Assembly: GCA_013265495.1 (NCBI GenBank)
Contig: MU058257.1
Coordinates: 1,691,262-1,755,261 of the forward strand
From: Vicugna vicugna
Lineage: Eukaryota
Reading direction: 5' to 3'
Length of the DNA stretch: 64,000 nucleotides
Shown here: positions 40,304 to 54,739 of the stretch, piece after piece
Numbering within the stretch: position 1 is the first letter of the stretch
Layout: each line of letters begins with the position of its first letter
The notes under the pieces: generated by a model
The model's database searches: none
What the model saw: the letters and a program-made list of their open reading frames with translations, nothing else
What the model was told of the DNA's origin: nothing
Translations under genes and position numbers: made by a program

Positions 40304-42984
40304 AAACAAGGGCAACTTCTAGAAGCTGAACCCACAGCAGGCATCCTTTCACGTATTATATTACCTACCGGAGCCACTTTTTACATGAGGCAGAAGGGCT
40401 CCGATGACAGCCACACGGACTGGTGCAAACAGTGCGGGGATTTTGCAGAACAGAACTTTTCATCCTTATACAGAACGCAGCCCTTCAGGACCTACCGGGA
40501 ACCTCAAGTCAGAAACTACTTTTGAATTGAAGCTGAAATTACTCCACCTGAGAAACGAGGGGCAGAAAAGACGCACGTCACGCCCCCGACACGCTGACGA
40601 GGCTAACTCTTCTGTAACTAACAAAGCAACAGCGCATTAGGAAGCACAGCCCACCACAAACACCCTGAAGCCCGCGAGCAGGTCGGGGACCACCACAAGG
40701 CACCAGAGGGAGCTTTTGCACTGAGCAGGCCTGATGACGGTCCTGCCGCTTTTCCCGAACTGCTCGCGTCTGCAGAAGGAGGGGACCGCCAGGTCAGCTA
40801 CGTCCGAGCGGAGACTCGGGGGCAAACCTATGTTCTGTGGAGCTTCGGACAGAAAGTCACAGCTGTTATGCCTCATCTTCGCACAGAATCAAGAAGAACG
40901 AAAAAACTGGAAGCATCTACTTACTCATCTGCAGCCCGAACTGGGCCTGGGTTACGGTCCACAGGCCCCTACTGCGTTCTCGGCAGGAGGGAGGGACTGC
41001 ACAGTGAGAGCCGTCACACCACAGCGGAGCAGAGTCAGGGACGGGGGCCTTTGCTGTGGTGCAAGGAGACACCCGGACAGGAGCCCCTGAGCTTCAGCTC
41101 AGCCCTTCCCACGGGGAGGAGGGCATCTGGGGCTATTGGAGCTGCACAAAGGTTCCCCACGGCACCCCTGCTCCAAAGATCCTGCAGCCCGGGGGTGGGA
41201 GGGCGTGAGATGCAGCCCCTGGGACCAGTAGGCAGGGCGCGGCGTCCCCACGTGTCCACATTCACTGACATCTCAGAGCAGTCGAGAGAGCTGCTGGCCC
41301 TTCTGCCCCACGGTCAGCTTCCTCGCTCCCCAGACCTCCAGGTACTGACCATGGGCAAAAGCTGATGTGACAAACAGCACCCGGAGCACAGGGGTTGGGC
41401 TCTGGGGTGTGACCCCGCACCCGCCCCTGCGCATGAAGGGTGCGAGGCATGGCGTACATTTTAAAGACACTGTGTCATTCCATTCATCTATAAAACTTTC
41501 CCCTTTTTCCCCAGAAAGAGTGCTTTTAATATATTCATGTCAAGTCTGTACCAAGAGCAAATGGAATCAAAACCTTTTTCTCAGTCAAATTAGCGGCCAC
41601 GGCATCCGTCATTCCAGACAAGGCTACGAAGAGGGTCACCCCAAGCAGGTCTTTCCCTGCAAAATGCTAAATACCTTCTCTCCTCATTCCAGGTCCTCAG
41701 GCACACGCTGTCCTCCTCTCTGTAATGGCTTATGCCAAATCTGCAGACAGTTCAGAACTGCTTCATAAATTAGGTAAGTGTTTGTGCCTATTTTCAGCTG
41801 GATGACAGCCCAAAGGGGGGAATGAGCACCTTTCTGGAACAGCATCCGACCGAACAGGGACAACGTGAGCGAACGCACAGCTTCAAGTAACAAGGAAAGT
41901 CTGCCTGGAGACGTCTCCTGTGTTAGAACAATCTGTGCACGTTGTTTATAGTAAAGATTTCTAGCATGTGCTCATCAGTGTAGGTACGGCCACTCAAATA
42001 AGCGAGACAGTAGTCATACTGCAAGAAGGATTCTCACAAACCTAATTTATGCCTAAATAAAAGCCAATCCTCCAAAAAAGCCAAGCTCAAGCACAGAAGG
42101 TGCATCACTGAAAACCCTAGCGTGTGTATTCATGCAGTAAATGCTGACCACGCAGCCACTCAAGCAGCAAGAAGCCGCAGCTCCCAGCACAACACAACGT
42201 GTCTAAGAGCCACGCTCGGGAGCCAGTCCAGCGTCGGCGCCAGACTCTAGGTGGCGCTGCAGGACGACTGACCATTGGAGTCTCAGCCTGTCGCTGGCCC
42301 CAGCTGTCTGTGCGCGGAGGCCTCCTTGCCTGTTCTTCCGCCCCTGGGTGTGCTGCCTGCCTTCCCTTCATCCTCGAGGCAGGACGCGGGGCAGGCAGAC
42401 CCGCACACGTAGCAGGGGACTGAGGGTTCCGGAAACTAAAGACAGAAGTTCTGAAGCAGACCTCGCTTGGACCTAATCTGAAATCACACTCTTATGTGCA
42501 TCCAGACTCCCCGCCCTCAACAATGTAAATGTCTGCTCCCAAACTCTCAGAAACTCCCCCCACTGAGTTACAAACAGCCAGCCCAGGACTCTCGACATAC
42601 AGGCTGAGAAATTGCTTTGGAAACCCAAGAGCAAAATCCAGCCACCATCGAGGGCCAACCAGCCGGCGGAAGCAACCTTTCTGTCAACGTGATGCCAACA
42701 GGTCAGAAGCTAGAATTTAATGCCTCAAGAATGGGCTGCGCCCTGGGTGTCAGCCCAGTTTCCCAGAACACAACGGTCAACACCGAGAGTAAGGGCAGTG
42801 GGGAGGCCCGCGGCGGGTCACCAGCACTCTGAAAATGCACGATGACTTAAGATGATTTTGTGTCTGGCGTATTTGAGAAACATTAGCAGTAGATGATTGC
42901 AAGCACGACAGCACTGACACGCGGTGACGTGGGACAGACCGGGGCTCCCGTTTCCGGGCCAGTCCTGCTGGACGCACCCAGTGT

Positions 42985-43050
42985 GCACAGAGAAACAGTA
43001 AGAGAACGTCATGAGCAGCTATATGGCAATAAACCGGACAACCCAGGAGC
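42985..43050 (+). mobile_element. Isolated ~65-bp L1 ORF2 internal fragment
   Basis: Translates HRETVRERHEQLYGNKPDNPG, resembling L1 ORF2 IQRIIREYYEQLYANKLDNLE. Confidence 0.6.
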
Positions 43051-44421
43051 GTTCAGACTGCATCTCGCAAGCGTCAGACAGCCGCCTGGGCTCCATCTCC
43101 AGACCTCCTTTCTCACAGTCTCGGCTCCCCTGAAAGGGTAAGACACGTGATAAAACCAGGCCACTGCTTCTCGTGCATTGTGAATCAGGGAACTCAGATG
43201 TAAAAACAGACATCCGAATTGTACAAAAATGCCAATTTCAGCAAGGAAAAATTAAGTGATTCACGTAGGTCAAACCTCTGAAGAAGACGGATTTAAAACC
43301 AGCTTCCTCCAGCAATGCACTTACCTCCTCCACAAGGTTCAAACAATGCCTTAAAACATAAAAACTTGCTTGGTGCTTGATGCTTAGACTACTGTGCTAA
43401 AAAACTAATGAAACTGTTTACTGCACAAATCTTAGTAATATGTAGTTCAAACTCCATATGAAAAGTAAACTCAAGAAAAAATTTAAAACTAAGGGCTGAT
43501 GTCACCGCACAATGCTGCAAGACACACTGAAACGCGGGCCAGAAGAAACGGAAAAGGAACACGCTTGCCGAAACACAACCGTGTGTGTTTCCACGTCAGA
43601 GACAACCGGTTCCTCAGGAGCGAACGTCCACTGCTCCAGCCGTCACAGGAAAGCCGGCGCAGCCCTCCCGGGGGACGCGGGCGCAGGCCATGGGTTTCAG
43701 AAACAACACGTTCCGTGGCTTTAAAGCTACAAGCTGAAAATGGACACGTCACTGAAAGCAGAAGCCTGGGTTTACTCACGTGCGTCTGATTCGCAGGGTC
43801 CTCCTCTGCGCCTCCACCAGAAGAGCTGTTCCTGACGCACGGATCGTCCTTTCTCACCCACCCTTATGATCAAGCACAAAACTGAAGGCGTTTACAGCAC
43901 AAATTAACACAAACTACAGCACACTTAGTTCACAGCCCAAAAAGGTAAACCAGGAATGTGCCACCAGCTGAGCACCGAGGCACTCTGGCCACGCAGCCGT
44001 GTGGCCCCATGTGGCAACAGTCACCCTCTGTAACCCAAAAGAGCCAGTTCCCCACGGGGAACAGATGCAACCAACACACCACGGTGTGAACCGCACCCCC
44101 TATGCGCACGGCCACTTCCGGAAGGACGCGCACCAACCCTCCCGCTCGCACCCTGCACCTGTCCTCCCTCCTGACTCCGCAGCCGGCGCCTGTAGCTGGG
44201 GTCACTCTGGTGCGGGGAGACTGTGACTCCAGTAAAGGTGCAGAACAAGGGTAAAGGCAGAGACCCTGGCCGCGCTTGATTCTTTCTCAAAAATCGTTCA
44301 GCAGCCTTTCTGTCACCTTGAGGATGGCAAATGTCATCAGCACTCCTGCCACGCACTCCACCTGCATGCACCCCACTCCCCTTTGATGGTAACCACTGAA
44401 AGCTCTGGATTCACCTGTTCC

Positions 44422-44549
44422 GGGGGGAGGGTGTAGCCAAGCAGTGGGGCGCAAGCTTAGCAGGCACGAGGTCCTGGGCTCCATCCCCAGCACCGCCTCC
44501 AAATACAACCCAACCTAATACCTCCCGCTCACAAAACAGAAAGCAAAAC
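44422..44549 (+). mobile_element. tRNA-derived SINE, camelid vic-1-like
   Basis: ggggagggtgtagccaagcagtggggcgcaagcttagcaggcacgaggtcctgggctccatccccagcacc (A-box/B-box-like), tail aacctaatacctccc...aaaac; degenerate TSD tggattcacctgttc (44406-44420) / tggatggacctattc (44551-44565). Confidence 0.85.
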
Positions 44550-47500
44550 ATGGATGGACCTATTCTTAAGAGCCAAAACCATCTCAGCCCACTTTAACCT
44601 GGCTGCCATGTCAGACCAAACCATCTTATAACTCAGTGTCGGAGGAGACTGAGGAGTGCAGTTAACGCCTAATTCCCAACAAAATGTCCCCAGAAATAAC
44701 TAAGGAAAGCTTGCTTCAGTCCAAGTCAGAAACCCCTCCATCTGCAGACGGTGTGTTTTTGGAAGAAACCTGTATTTGCCCTAGAATAACCTGAGGGGAG
44801 CAAATACTGAGGGTTTGTACTTTTTAAACTGATCCTTAGAGGACTACACTCTGCACACGCTCACCTGGTGACACAGGGAGAAGCTAGGCTCAAAGTTAAA
44901 AAATACAGAAGCTACTCTTGAAAATATGAAGTGTTTTTAAGTTTAGAAGCATCTCATTAACTGAGGTTGTGAAAAAAGCAAGAACGTACAACTCTGGCAA
45001 CACAAGAGTAAGAGGAAACACAATGTGATGACGCTTTGTGAAACAGACGCAGCAAAGCAAAGTCACAGAACCTGCCAGGAACACGCTCCTCCCATCTCGG
45101 TGACGTCGGCGGCAACACTGTCTCTTCTGCTGCGATTAGGAAACCATTCTGGTAACGAAGGGAAAATATACTTTCCCAAGTGGTCCACACGTACACATCC
45201 TACCTGCTAAGTCGTTCTCTCTCAAGAAGAAAAAAAAAGGTTACACTTTATGAAACAGGAGAAGTGTTACAGGCCCCTAACTCGTCACATGTTCTTCGGG
45301 TGCTTCCTAACAAGCACTTCACAAGAACATGCGCTTCAGCGGCTCACGACAAACAGTGCTGTGCTTGGAACCACCCTGGACGTGGCCGCAGGCTCTCGCT
45401 GACGAGAACTGGCCCCGTCCACGGAACAGAGGACGCCTTGTGTGAAAACACACGTGTGCACGCACGGGGCTCCAGGGGTGAAAACCCACGTGTGTGCACA
45501 GGGCTGGGCTTCGCTGCACGGTGGTCCTTCCACATGCAGCTCAGTCAGAACGTGGAAAAGCCTAAGACAGATGCCTTAGCATCCCACCTGCACACACACA
45601 CGTGCAGACCCACATGTACACACCCACGCACACCCACACACGCGCACACCAGATACTACAAATTCCTAGTGTTTGAATACAAAACCCACCCGATTTCCTT
45701 TACTTTGTACCTGAGGACCATTAACAAGAGTTCAAAACCAGTACCCTCAGGCCCCGCAAGACCGAGGCAGCTTGATTTTGAGCTGCGCGTGCTCCACTTA
45801 AAAAGGAAGGCCGCTGAACAGGCACGTGGACGTCTGTGCAACTTACAGGTCTTAAGGCTTGTCTTTGTTGAATTAAAAGACCGCCTACCTTTCTGAGTTA
45901 GTGTCTCTGTCCTTTCACCGTCAGGATGTGCCTGTCACTCTGCTGACTTCCACAGCTAGACTGTGACTTCCCATCTAATCAAGACGCAGGCGTCGCACAG
46001 ACACAGGAACACATGGGTGACACAGCGGCAGTACTGGGGTAAATGGCTGACATGCACGCGCTGGGCCCTGCACACACCCTGACGCACGAATTCCATCCAT
46101 CTACTTCCAAGACTGCTGTTTTGCTGAGGCAGATTCTTCAACTGCACACTTTAACTGAATGCTTTCCCTCATGAGCCCAGCAAACTGTGCAGCACGTGAC
46201 ACTTCTGCTTCTCTAGGTTTTTTCCCATTTAATACACAATCTTAATTCTCCTGACAACTCTCAGGGGTGACGTTACACTCCTATTCCAACCATCATCCCT
46301 ACCCCACAAAAGCAAACAAAACCTTAATTTTGAAACGTATTTCCTATGGGAACATTTCCTCAAGCAGTGATGTATAAAAACGAAACTATGAGGCTGCTTA
46401 CATGTGACACGCTGGCTCCCAGCAGAGAGACGAGGCTCTGAGGAGGGATGTGTCTTCCTTGAAGGAAAAAAAAAAGTGCCTTTCTTTGTCAAGAGTGTCA
46501 CACACAGTTATGCACAAAATGGCCCAGGACCTGAGGGCAGGAGCCTAACTGAGCTCTTCAGCTACACAGCCAACGTGCCCCACACCCCCCCAGAGACCAC
46601 GTCTACCCCTTAACGCGGAAAGTGACCTCACTGCACCCGACGGCTCGGAGCTTAGCCACCAAAGGGCAAGTTTAGGGGAGCGGTGCACCTTCACTGTTAC
46701 CCCCACCGCTGGACCCACAAGCCATTCCAGGCAGTTTAGGGCAGGAAGTTAGAAATGCTCAGCAGAATCTAATTAAACAATTGGATTCTGGCAGAGAACT
46801 CCAGGGACACACCCTACTTCGATAAACAAAGCCACGGAATCTGGAATGACAACACAGGCGCTCACATTCAAATTCTCAAGCTCGCCGCCAACACAGGGGC
46901 CCCCACCCTCAGCTCTGAGTAGGATTTTAAACCCCACGCTTCTTCCAGGGGGAAGAGAAAAGATTCCGCCTGCTGAATCAGCATCCTTAATTTCCTCGTT
47001 CATTTTGGCATTATTTTCTGTGTATTCTAGAAGGTTTAATTTCTTAAAAACGGGTTTTACTCTGTGCCCTTGATTCAGATTACACTGATCTGCACATAAA
47101 CACCGTCACATTGGAAAAATTCAGGACTGCTGAGAATTCTTAACCAACAAGTATCTATTATGGTTGCGATTCCTGCCGGAGGAAACAGATTAGTGATTCG
47201 ATTTTTTCTGATATGTCAACATTCTCCATGATAATAAGGAAAAGAAGGGGGAAAAGGTGAAGTCAAAATCGCTCAAGCTTTAGCAGACATGTGAGGACCA
47301 CAGCGGAGCAGTGATGACAGTGTCCAACTTACAAACCACTGAGAGACCGTTCCCTCCCACACATCGCTCATCAACTACCAGAAAAACACCACGTATCTGA
47401 GCTGGAGCTGAGTTACATGGAGAAAGCAGTTCCGAAGCACGTATCTGTGATGCAGAAAACCCAACCGGTCCCCTATCAGTGGCTCAGAGACCACGGCTAC

Positions 47501-50500
47501 TTCTCAGTGGAGCCCAAACAGCCATTCCACCAAAAGACCACTGGGGGGCGCACACAACCCATGGCACTTGTCCAAAGATCAATGATAAAAGGGGGAAAAA
47601 TCACATTTTATTTGGGATGTTTCCTTGTTACCAATTATTATTGTTGCTTGGTAACTGAAAACTAGCTCCAAAAATATTAACACTAAGAAAAGGAATCTTT
47701 TCATTTCTAACAGACAATGCTATTAAAAGACATGTTATTTGAACAGCCTCAAGTTACACACTCAACACATAGTAAAACAAAACAACAAGAAAGCACACAG
47801 CCAGAGCGGCTTCCTGTCACCTGTATTTCCATGCACTGGGCTCCAAGTATTTTTTAGAAAAAAAACATTTGAATCCCACACAGTCCTATGGAACAGCATT
47901 CCTACGAAATGAGAAACTCTAATTTGCTTTTATTCTACCATTTTGTTTAAGCACAGAAGTCAATGAAGTCTCTTCGGTGAGATGTTCAAGTAACATGAGG
48001 GCCCTCATTACAACAACGTCTTCCGAGAACTCAGGAGTTCATCACAGGAGCCGGAATCTCCTGATAACATCACAACTGTGTGTCGTGACAGTGAGTAATT
48101 TAAATCCACGTAACAAAGGAACACATGTACACACAAGTAAAGAATAAACATCCACAAAGCAAATGACAGCGCAGAAAAATCTATATGCTTTGGAAACTTC
48201 AAAAGAATGTTCAAATTAATCAAGAAACTTTTCCAAAAATGTCAACTACTTTCAGCATCATAGGAACCCTGAAGGCACCAGAGAACCCTGCACCAACCTG
48301 CCTTCTGCTGGTTCCTGAAGTGGCTCTTTTCAGGTTCGATGACCTTGAAAATCTCAGCGCCTTCACTGAATCCTTCCGAGAAATTCCATTAAAGAGTAAC
48401 ACCTCTTTGCACATTTCCCGGTCCATCTGTCTTGCCATCACGACCCAGGAGAAAGGCAACATCCACGGGGACTCGGGGTCCGAAACGGACGACATTCTCA
48501 AGTGATCCCCGGGTCAAGAGCCCCCCAGACGAGGCTGCACAGCCCGTGTCTGGCTCAGTCTTCTAGAGAAGGGCAAGAGACTGGGAATGGGCGGCAAGTT
48601 GGGGGCAGAGCCCCTTGCACGTAGGTAACTGTCCCTGGACACAAGCACGCCGGGCAGCGTAGGGAGGCCAGGGGCCAGCCCCTCGGCACCAAGGGAAAAC
48701 GCCCTTCGCCAGCGCAGCAGCCGGGGGGCTGTCGGGGTGAGCAGGGTACTCACATGCCGCGGAGTCGGTGGGCTGAGAGTCAACACGCCAGGTTCAAAGA
48801 CGCCTAACTCACCCCTTGTCAGAACAGACAGCCGGCTTCTGGGCAGGATCAGACACAGCCCCTCCTGCAAAGCCGAGCCCGCTTACTTATTAGCAGGATG
48901 GTTTGCTAAGCTCTGTGAACATTCTCTCCCTCCAGTGAGTAAGACGTAGACAGATCAAAGCTCAAATGCTTTCACTCAGGAAAGTGAAGGACAAGACAGT
49001 CACAAGAAAAATGAAAGGAGTCCGCACCACTGGTCCTCTGCCCGGGAAAGGAGAAGGTGCTGTGTGGCCCTTCCCTTGTCTCAGGTCTAACCGCGCGCGG
49101 CTGAGCGTGAGGAGGGACCAGGAGACATCAGAGAACTAGGTTTCCAGTGAGTACTGAGCACTGAGAACACTCACAGCACGATTAACACCCACGGCACTTC
49201 CAGTACGAGACCCACCAGACCCACCGCTTTAGGACACACCCGCCCAACCCAAGACTGACAGGTAGTCCGGTCAAGGCAGTATTTTTAAATTTAGCTCACA
49301 GTCCTGCTCATTTTTTAACAAGTGGCATATCATTGTTATTTTTTCAAAACGCACACATAAATCATTAAAGAAACCACGTAACTGCAGAAACTACATAACC
49401 CAACGCCAGCCGACATCAGAGTGTCTGGCTGATCAGTAATGCACGCGGGGGCCTCAAAGGGGACAGCGCTGGACGAGGCAGGGCTCAGCTTCATCGGCTG
49501 CAGGGGGACCGTCTTTACTTAGACGGCCTTTCCGGGAGACGGGCCGTCAGACCTGCCAGGGAGGACACGCACGTCTGGCCTGGGAGGGGGCACCCTCCTC
49601 ACCCACCCAGCCTGGGCACCCCACCTGCAGACGGCATGCTGCTTGCTTGGGATTACTTTAAATTACACTAAGAAAAAAAGGAATGAGAGAGATAACCAAA
49701 TTTTAGAACACGGAACAAGACTGTTTCAGATGAAACGACTCTACTGGCACGGTCATCTTCCTGGTTCACGGAGGATCCTTAAGCCAAGCGCTCCCTGCTC
49801 TCTGCAGTACCTCCAGTTCCACCTAGAGATCCGATAAACATGGCCAAGCTAAAGAAAATGACACTGACACAGAACAGGAACCGCCACTAGGGGGTCTCAA
49901 GTTCCCAGAACAGAAACCTCTGCTCACACCACACGTGACTGCAAGCAAAGGCCGCCTGAGGACAGTCACCACTTGCCCCCGAAAAATGAAGGGCTGCTTG
50001 GCATTCTGCAGGGGAGCAGCAGCACCGGGCGCCCCCAGGGGGCCGGACCCCCCGTGCAGGTGAGCATCCCACGTCACACTGGTGCCCTCGCTGCTCTATG
50101 TGAGCGAACGCTCTCCGGGCAGTCGGGGGCCTGCCAACCACACTTGGATTCCTCAGGCCTCCCGGGTGACTGTCCGCGCAGATCCTGAAATAACGCGATG
50201 GCCGCCTCGCGTCGGGGAGGGGTCCCCCTGAGTCGGCTCATTACAGCCTTTTATACCTGGCTGTTCTCCTCGGAATCTAACCTCATGTCACTCTCATTCA
50301 AATGCTCTGATTCAGGAGAACTTAAGGAGTTCCTCTGGCAGGTTTTACACTAATTTCCTAACTAAAATGCACTCGCATTTTCCACCACAGTCAAGGCAAG
50401 TATTAAGGCGAGGGTGTGCACCGCTGGAGGAAGCGATAAAGAGGACTATTAGGTCAGAATGACTGCAAATCGCTGCCATGTGGAAACACTACTTGTCACA

Positions 50501-50544
50501 TGCTTTTAAACACTATTATTCTTTACCATAGTGATTTCCACATT

Positions 50545-51330
50545 CCTACGTCCGACTCTAAGTTTTCCCTTGAGCTTCAGAATTACAGGCCACGGACCTA
50601 CTCGTCACCTGCTCGGATGTCTCAAAGGCATTGCAAAGCCAGTCCAATGTCTCCACAGGAAGGGGACCTGACTCCCGGCCCACATCCTTACTCCACTCCT
50701 CAAGTCTTCAACTCAAACGAGAAGGAGGCTCCATTTCACCCCAGCTCCTCCAGCGCAGACACTGCAAGTCACCCTCAGTGCCTTCTCTGCCCTCGTTCCT
50801 CGCGGCCTGAGACCCTGGACGCTCCAGCTCCGAAGCAGGTCTCCACCCCAGTCACATCCCCCACATGGGCTGCAGGCTCGGCCGCCGTCATCTCGTCACT
50901 GGACAGCAGCCTTCCCCTCCTCGCCCATCTACGAGGCATTATTCCCCACGCAGTCTTCTAAAGATACATCTCATCATGGCACATCTCAGTCTGACAGGGA
51001 AATGGCTTTTTACCGCATTTAGCAGCAAATCTCAAGTAGCTTTGATGCAGTCTTCAATATCCCCTTCCTCCACAGCCCCCCCACCTCCCCTCTCCCAGCT
51101 GCCTCGCAGCCCAGCCACACCCGCCCTCTGTGGGTCCACGAACACCTCAGCCTCAGCCTTTTTTCCACGTCAGTTGCTGCGCGAGCTGCTCCCTCTGCCT
51201 CCAGCTGTTCCCAGGTCTGGCTCCTTCTCGTGCCCTGAAATCCAGCCCCCTGTCTCCTCCGGAGAGCTGTCCTTCCCAACCAGACGGAAGTACCACCCCG
51301 CGCCGATGCTCCACCGCATCCCAAACTCGC
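50545..51330 (+). mobile_element. LINE-2 fragment, degraded
   Basis: ttttcccttgagcttcag...gacctactcgtcacctgctcggatgtctcaaaggcat and the downstream pyrimidine-rich motifs follow the L2 3' region. Confidence 0.6.
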
Positions 51331-52329
51331 TGCCTTCACATCTGCTTCCCTCGCTGCAAGGAGAGCTCTGAGAGATGAGGACCCCCCCCCCACATACCCT
51401 GGGCACCTCCAGCTGCTTCTCCAGGGTATCGCTGACTGGGATGAGAGGAAGGAAGGAAGGAGTGCATCTGTAAGACCTGCCTAGCCCCTGCTTAGACAGA
51501 AGCTGTAATTTTAGTCTGCATGAACGTGGGGCACCAATAAACATGGTTGTGATGCAATTACACTTCACACTAAGTTCTTAGCATCTTAACAAATATTCAT
51601 ACAAGAAGATTACATACAAGTAATCTAATAAAGTGAAACTCAGTAGGCAAAACCGACACATCTTATTGGCCAAACTAACTTCTTCCTCCAACCCCCACCA
51701 ATAGGCAGTGTCGGTTACCTGGGGCCCGGCAGGGGCCTGGAGAAATGAGAAGGTGTGCGGGTCAGACAGCACATTCATCCTCCCTCTTTTCAAAATGGGG
51801 ACCCTCCCATCCACCCGTGGGTACAGAGGTGCAGTGCGTGAGGCTCCAGTCTCACTGGCTGACTTAACACAGGAGGATCAGAGGGGTGCAGACTACTCCT
51901 CCTTTCCACTCTTTTACTGTAAAATCCAGGAGAATAAAAACCTGCCGCTTCCTACGTGGCTTCTACCCTTTATGAGTAATGCTGTGAATGAATAAACAGA
52001 ATGTCCTTGTCCATCATTTATAATTACTTCTCCAAAATTACTCAGAAGACACTATCTACCCTCCTCTACCTTCCTCCTTTGCCCTTTTGTCATGATGTCG
52101 GTTCTACATGTGAACAAGTGTATTTCATACACTTCACTCAAGATATGAGAGAAGGGAAAACGTAGGGTAAACATTTTAAAAGATGAAAACTATGATGAAA
52201 CAAACAGCCTTGCACAGCACTCATTCTGGGGCACCTGCTCTGAGACATGCTCTTTTTCTGGAGAATTGTCATTGTTGACCAAAAAATACTCTTAAACTGT
52301 AAACAAGGCCTCCCCTTCCCAGCAGCTTT

Positions 52330-53420
52330 GAGACACACAACATTGTGTAAGTTAAAGGTGTACAAAGTATTTACCTGATGCACTAATTATATTGCAAAAT
52401 GATTACTACCTTAGTATTAGCTAACACTGCACACATCACATAATTACCATGTTTCTTGTGAGCAACTTTCAAACTTGTAACACAGTATCACTACCTATAA
52501 TCTCCAGGCTGTCCATCCCACCCCCAAAACTTCATCATCTTAAATTTGTACCCTTTAACCAACACCACCCTTTTCCCCCACCGCTCAGCCCTGGTCACCA
52601 CCACCGTCTGTCTCTGTGGGCTTGGCGTTTCCAGTTTCCACATGTAAGTGAGATCGCATAGTACGTCTTTGTCTTCCTGTCTGACCTACCTCACTTCGCA
52701 TGATGTCTACCAAGCCAGGTGTCATCCATGTTGTCACAGATGACAGGGTTTCCTTCCTCCTTGTGGCTGAATGTTCCTGTGTCTGTGTGTGTCCTTTATC
52801 CGTTCACCGTGGATGGACACCTGGCTTGTGTCCGTATCTTGGCTGTTGTGGGCAACACTGCAATGAACGTGGGGGTGCAGACACCTTTTCAAGACAGTGA
52901 CTATTTTCTTTGGATAAACACCCAGAAGTGGGATTGCTGGACCCGATGGTAGCTCTAGCTTTGACTTTTCAAGAAGCTTACATACTCTTCCCCACAGAGG
53001 CTGCACCAACTTACACCCCCAGCCACAGTCACAAGGCTCCCTCCCGCCACGTCCTCGCCAACACTCGTCTGGCTTCCAACAACAGCCGGGCTGACGGGTG
53101 TGAAGTGATGCTGTGGGTGTGGCCTGTGTTTTCCTGAAGGTCAGCGATGCTGAGCACAGTGCTTCTGTGTGGCCACTCTGTACGTCTTCTCTGGAAAAGT
53201 GTCTGTTCAGTTCCTCAGCCCGTTACTTGATCTGACTGTCTGGCTGTTTCAGTCTCCGAGTCCTTCATACACTCTGGACATCACCCCTTGTCAGGTATGT
53301 GGTTCCGAACATTTCCTCCCGCTCCGTAGCCGCCTTCTCCTTTGCTGAGCAGAACCGCCTGATTCGATGTGGTCCCGCTGGTTTATCTTTGCTTTTTGTT
53401 GCCTTTGCTTTTAGTGCCAA
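52330..53420 (-). mobile_element. 5'-truncated LINE-1 3' portion (L1MA9-like)
   Basis: acaacattgtgtaagttaaaggtgtacaa...ttccacatgtaagtgagatc...cccagaagtgggattgctgg...tctggaaaagtgtctgttcagttcc are antisense L1 3'UTR/ORF2-end motifs. Confidence 0.9.
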
Positions 53421-54229
53421 GAGCTTAGTTTCGCTTGTTGTTTAATGATATGGTTCTTGTTGGCTCCCAAACACTAAAACTCAAAACTGGGGCCTTTGCT
53501 TCCTTTCTGGTTCAGAAAATATACACAGTCCGACGGTGCACCAGGAGCCTCAGCTTCACAAGACGCAGAGAATCACCTGCTTCTTCCATCAGCTATGCCT
53601 GAGCACCTGCTATGCACCAAGCTGTCTTCAAATTGGCAGCAGTGTGAAAACGAGCAAACGAAAGTGAATTACCTACAGAAACTTATTTTATAAAACAAAT
53701 GCCTAAGATAGCCTGGATTATTTGTTTTTAAATCAGCAGAAAATGGTATTCAGAGAATGGTTAGCCGAATTCAAGGATGAGGACAGTGATGACCGTTTCT
53801 GGGGCCTCAACACAAATCCTCAGGTTTCAACTTAACACGCTCTTGTCAGGTGGGCACAGTCATTATGCTCTATTAGAGATGGGAAAACCGAGGCAAGAGA
53901 GAGAAGCCAGAGCTCAGAAGAGCAAGGAGTCCTGCAGACTCAGACACAGGCTGCCTGGCCCCTCAGCTCCCCCGCAGAGGCCCCTTGCTGAGGAAGCAAC
54001 AGGGAAGCAGCGTGCAGCCCCAGCCCATAGCCAACGTGGCAGCTGCCCCCCTCAGGCTCCTCGAGTGGCCCCGGGGAGCCAAGCCCTCCCTGCTCCCCCA
54101 GAGAGGCTGCCCCACCATCCAAGTTCTGCTGCTTCAGAGCAGCCGTGCGGGGCCAGCCCCCTTTTCTTTTCAAAACACCCTCCACCCCAAACATCTGCCA
54201 CCTCTGTCTCTCCCAGCACACAGACACAC

Positions 54230-54272
54230 TTCTAATACAGTAAGTGCCCAATAAATGTTTGTTGAATAAAGT
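54230..54272 (+). mobile_element. LINE-2 3' terminus
   Basis: acagtaagtgcccaataaatgtttgttgaataaa. Confidence 0.55.
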
Positions 54273-54739
54273 TAACAAAAGTGCTGGGAGATAACCCCTT
54301 CGGATTCATTAGCTATTTAGGGCTCTGCTTGGCATTTAGATGTTTTCTTCGTTAGAACGTAACTGAAATAAATCCATTTAGGAGGAAATTCATCAAGCCA
54401 TCCAGTTAAGCGAAGTCCACACGAACTACTCCAAGTTAGCAAACTTTCTGACTTACTCCCTCCCTGTGCAGGTCCACACTGACGACAAAGGGGATGCTCC
54501 TGCTCTAAGCTGCACGTAGGGCTGCCCGGGGCTCGCCTCACGCTGGAATTAGGCAGAAGGAGAACTATGGAGAAGTCAAAACCCCAGACAGCAACAAAAC
54601 CCCCAGCCACTCACGGGCGCCTCCCTGAGATAACTGCTTCAGACTGTCCCTTAAACCATTTACAATGTAATTCTTTCCACTAAAATTAGACATTTTGAAT
54701 GTCGTTTCAACCTGATTTTTTTTAAACAAATTCACACAT

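Noticed and set aside
44422..44500. tRNA gene
   Set aside because: tRNA-like head continues into a SINE tail with TSDs and lacks an intact cloverleaf; it is a SINE.
48185..48505. Protein-like ORFs on both strands with faint CR1/L3 RT resemblance on the minus strand
   Set aside because: Similarity too weak to call by eye; needs an nhmmer search against Dfam.
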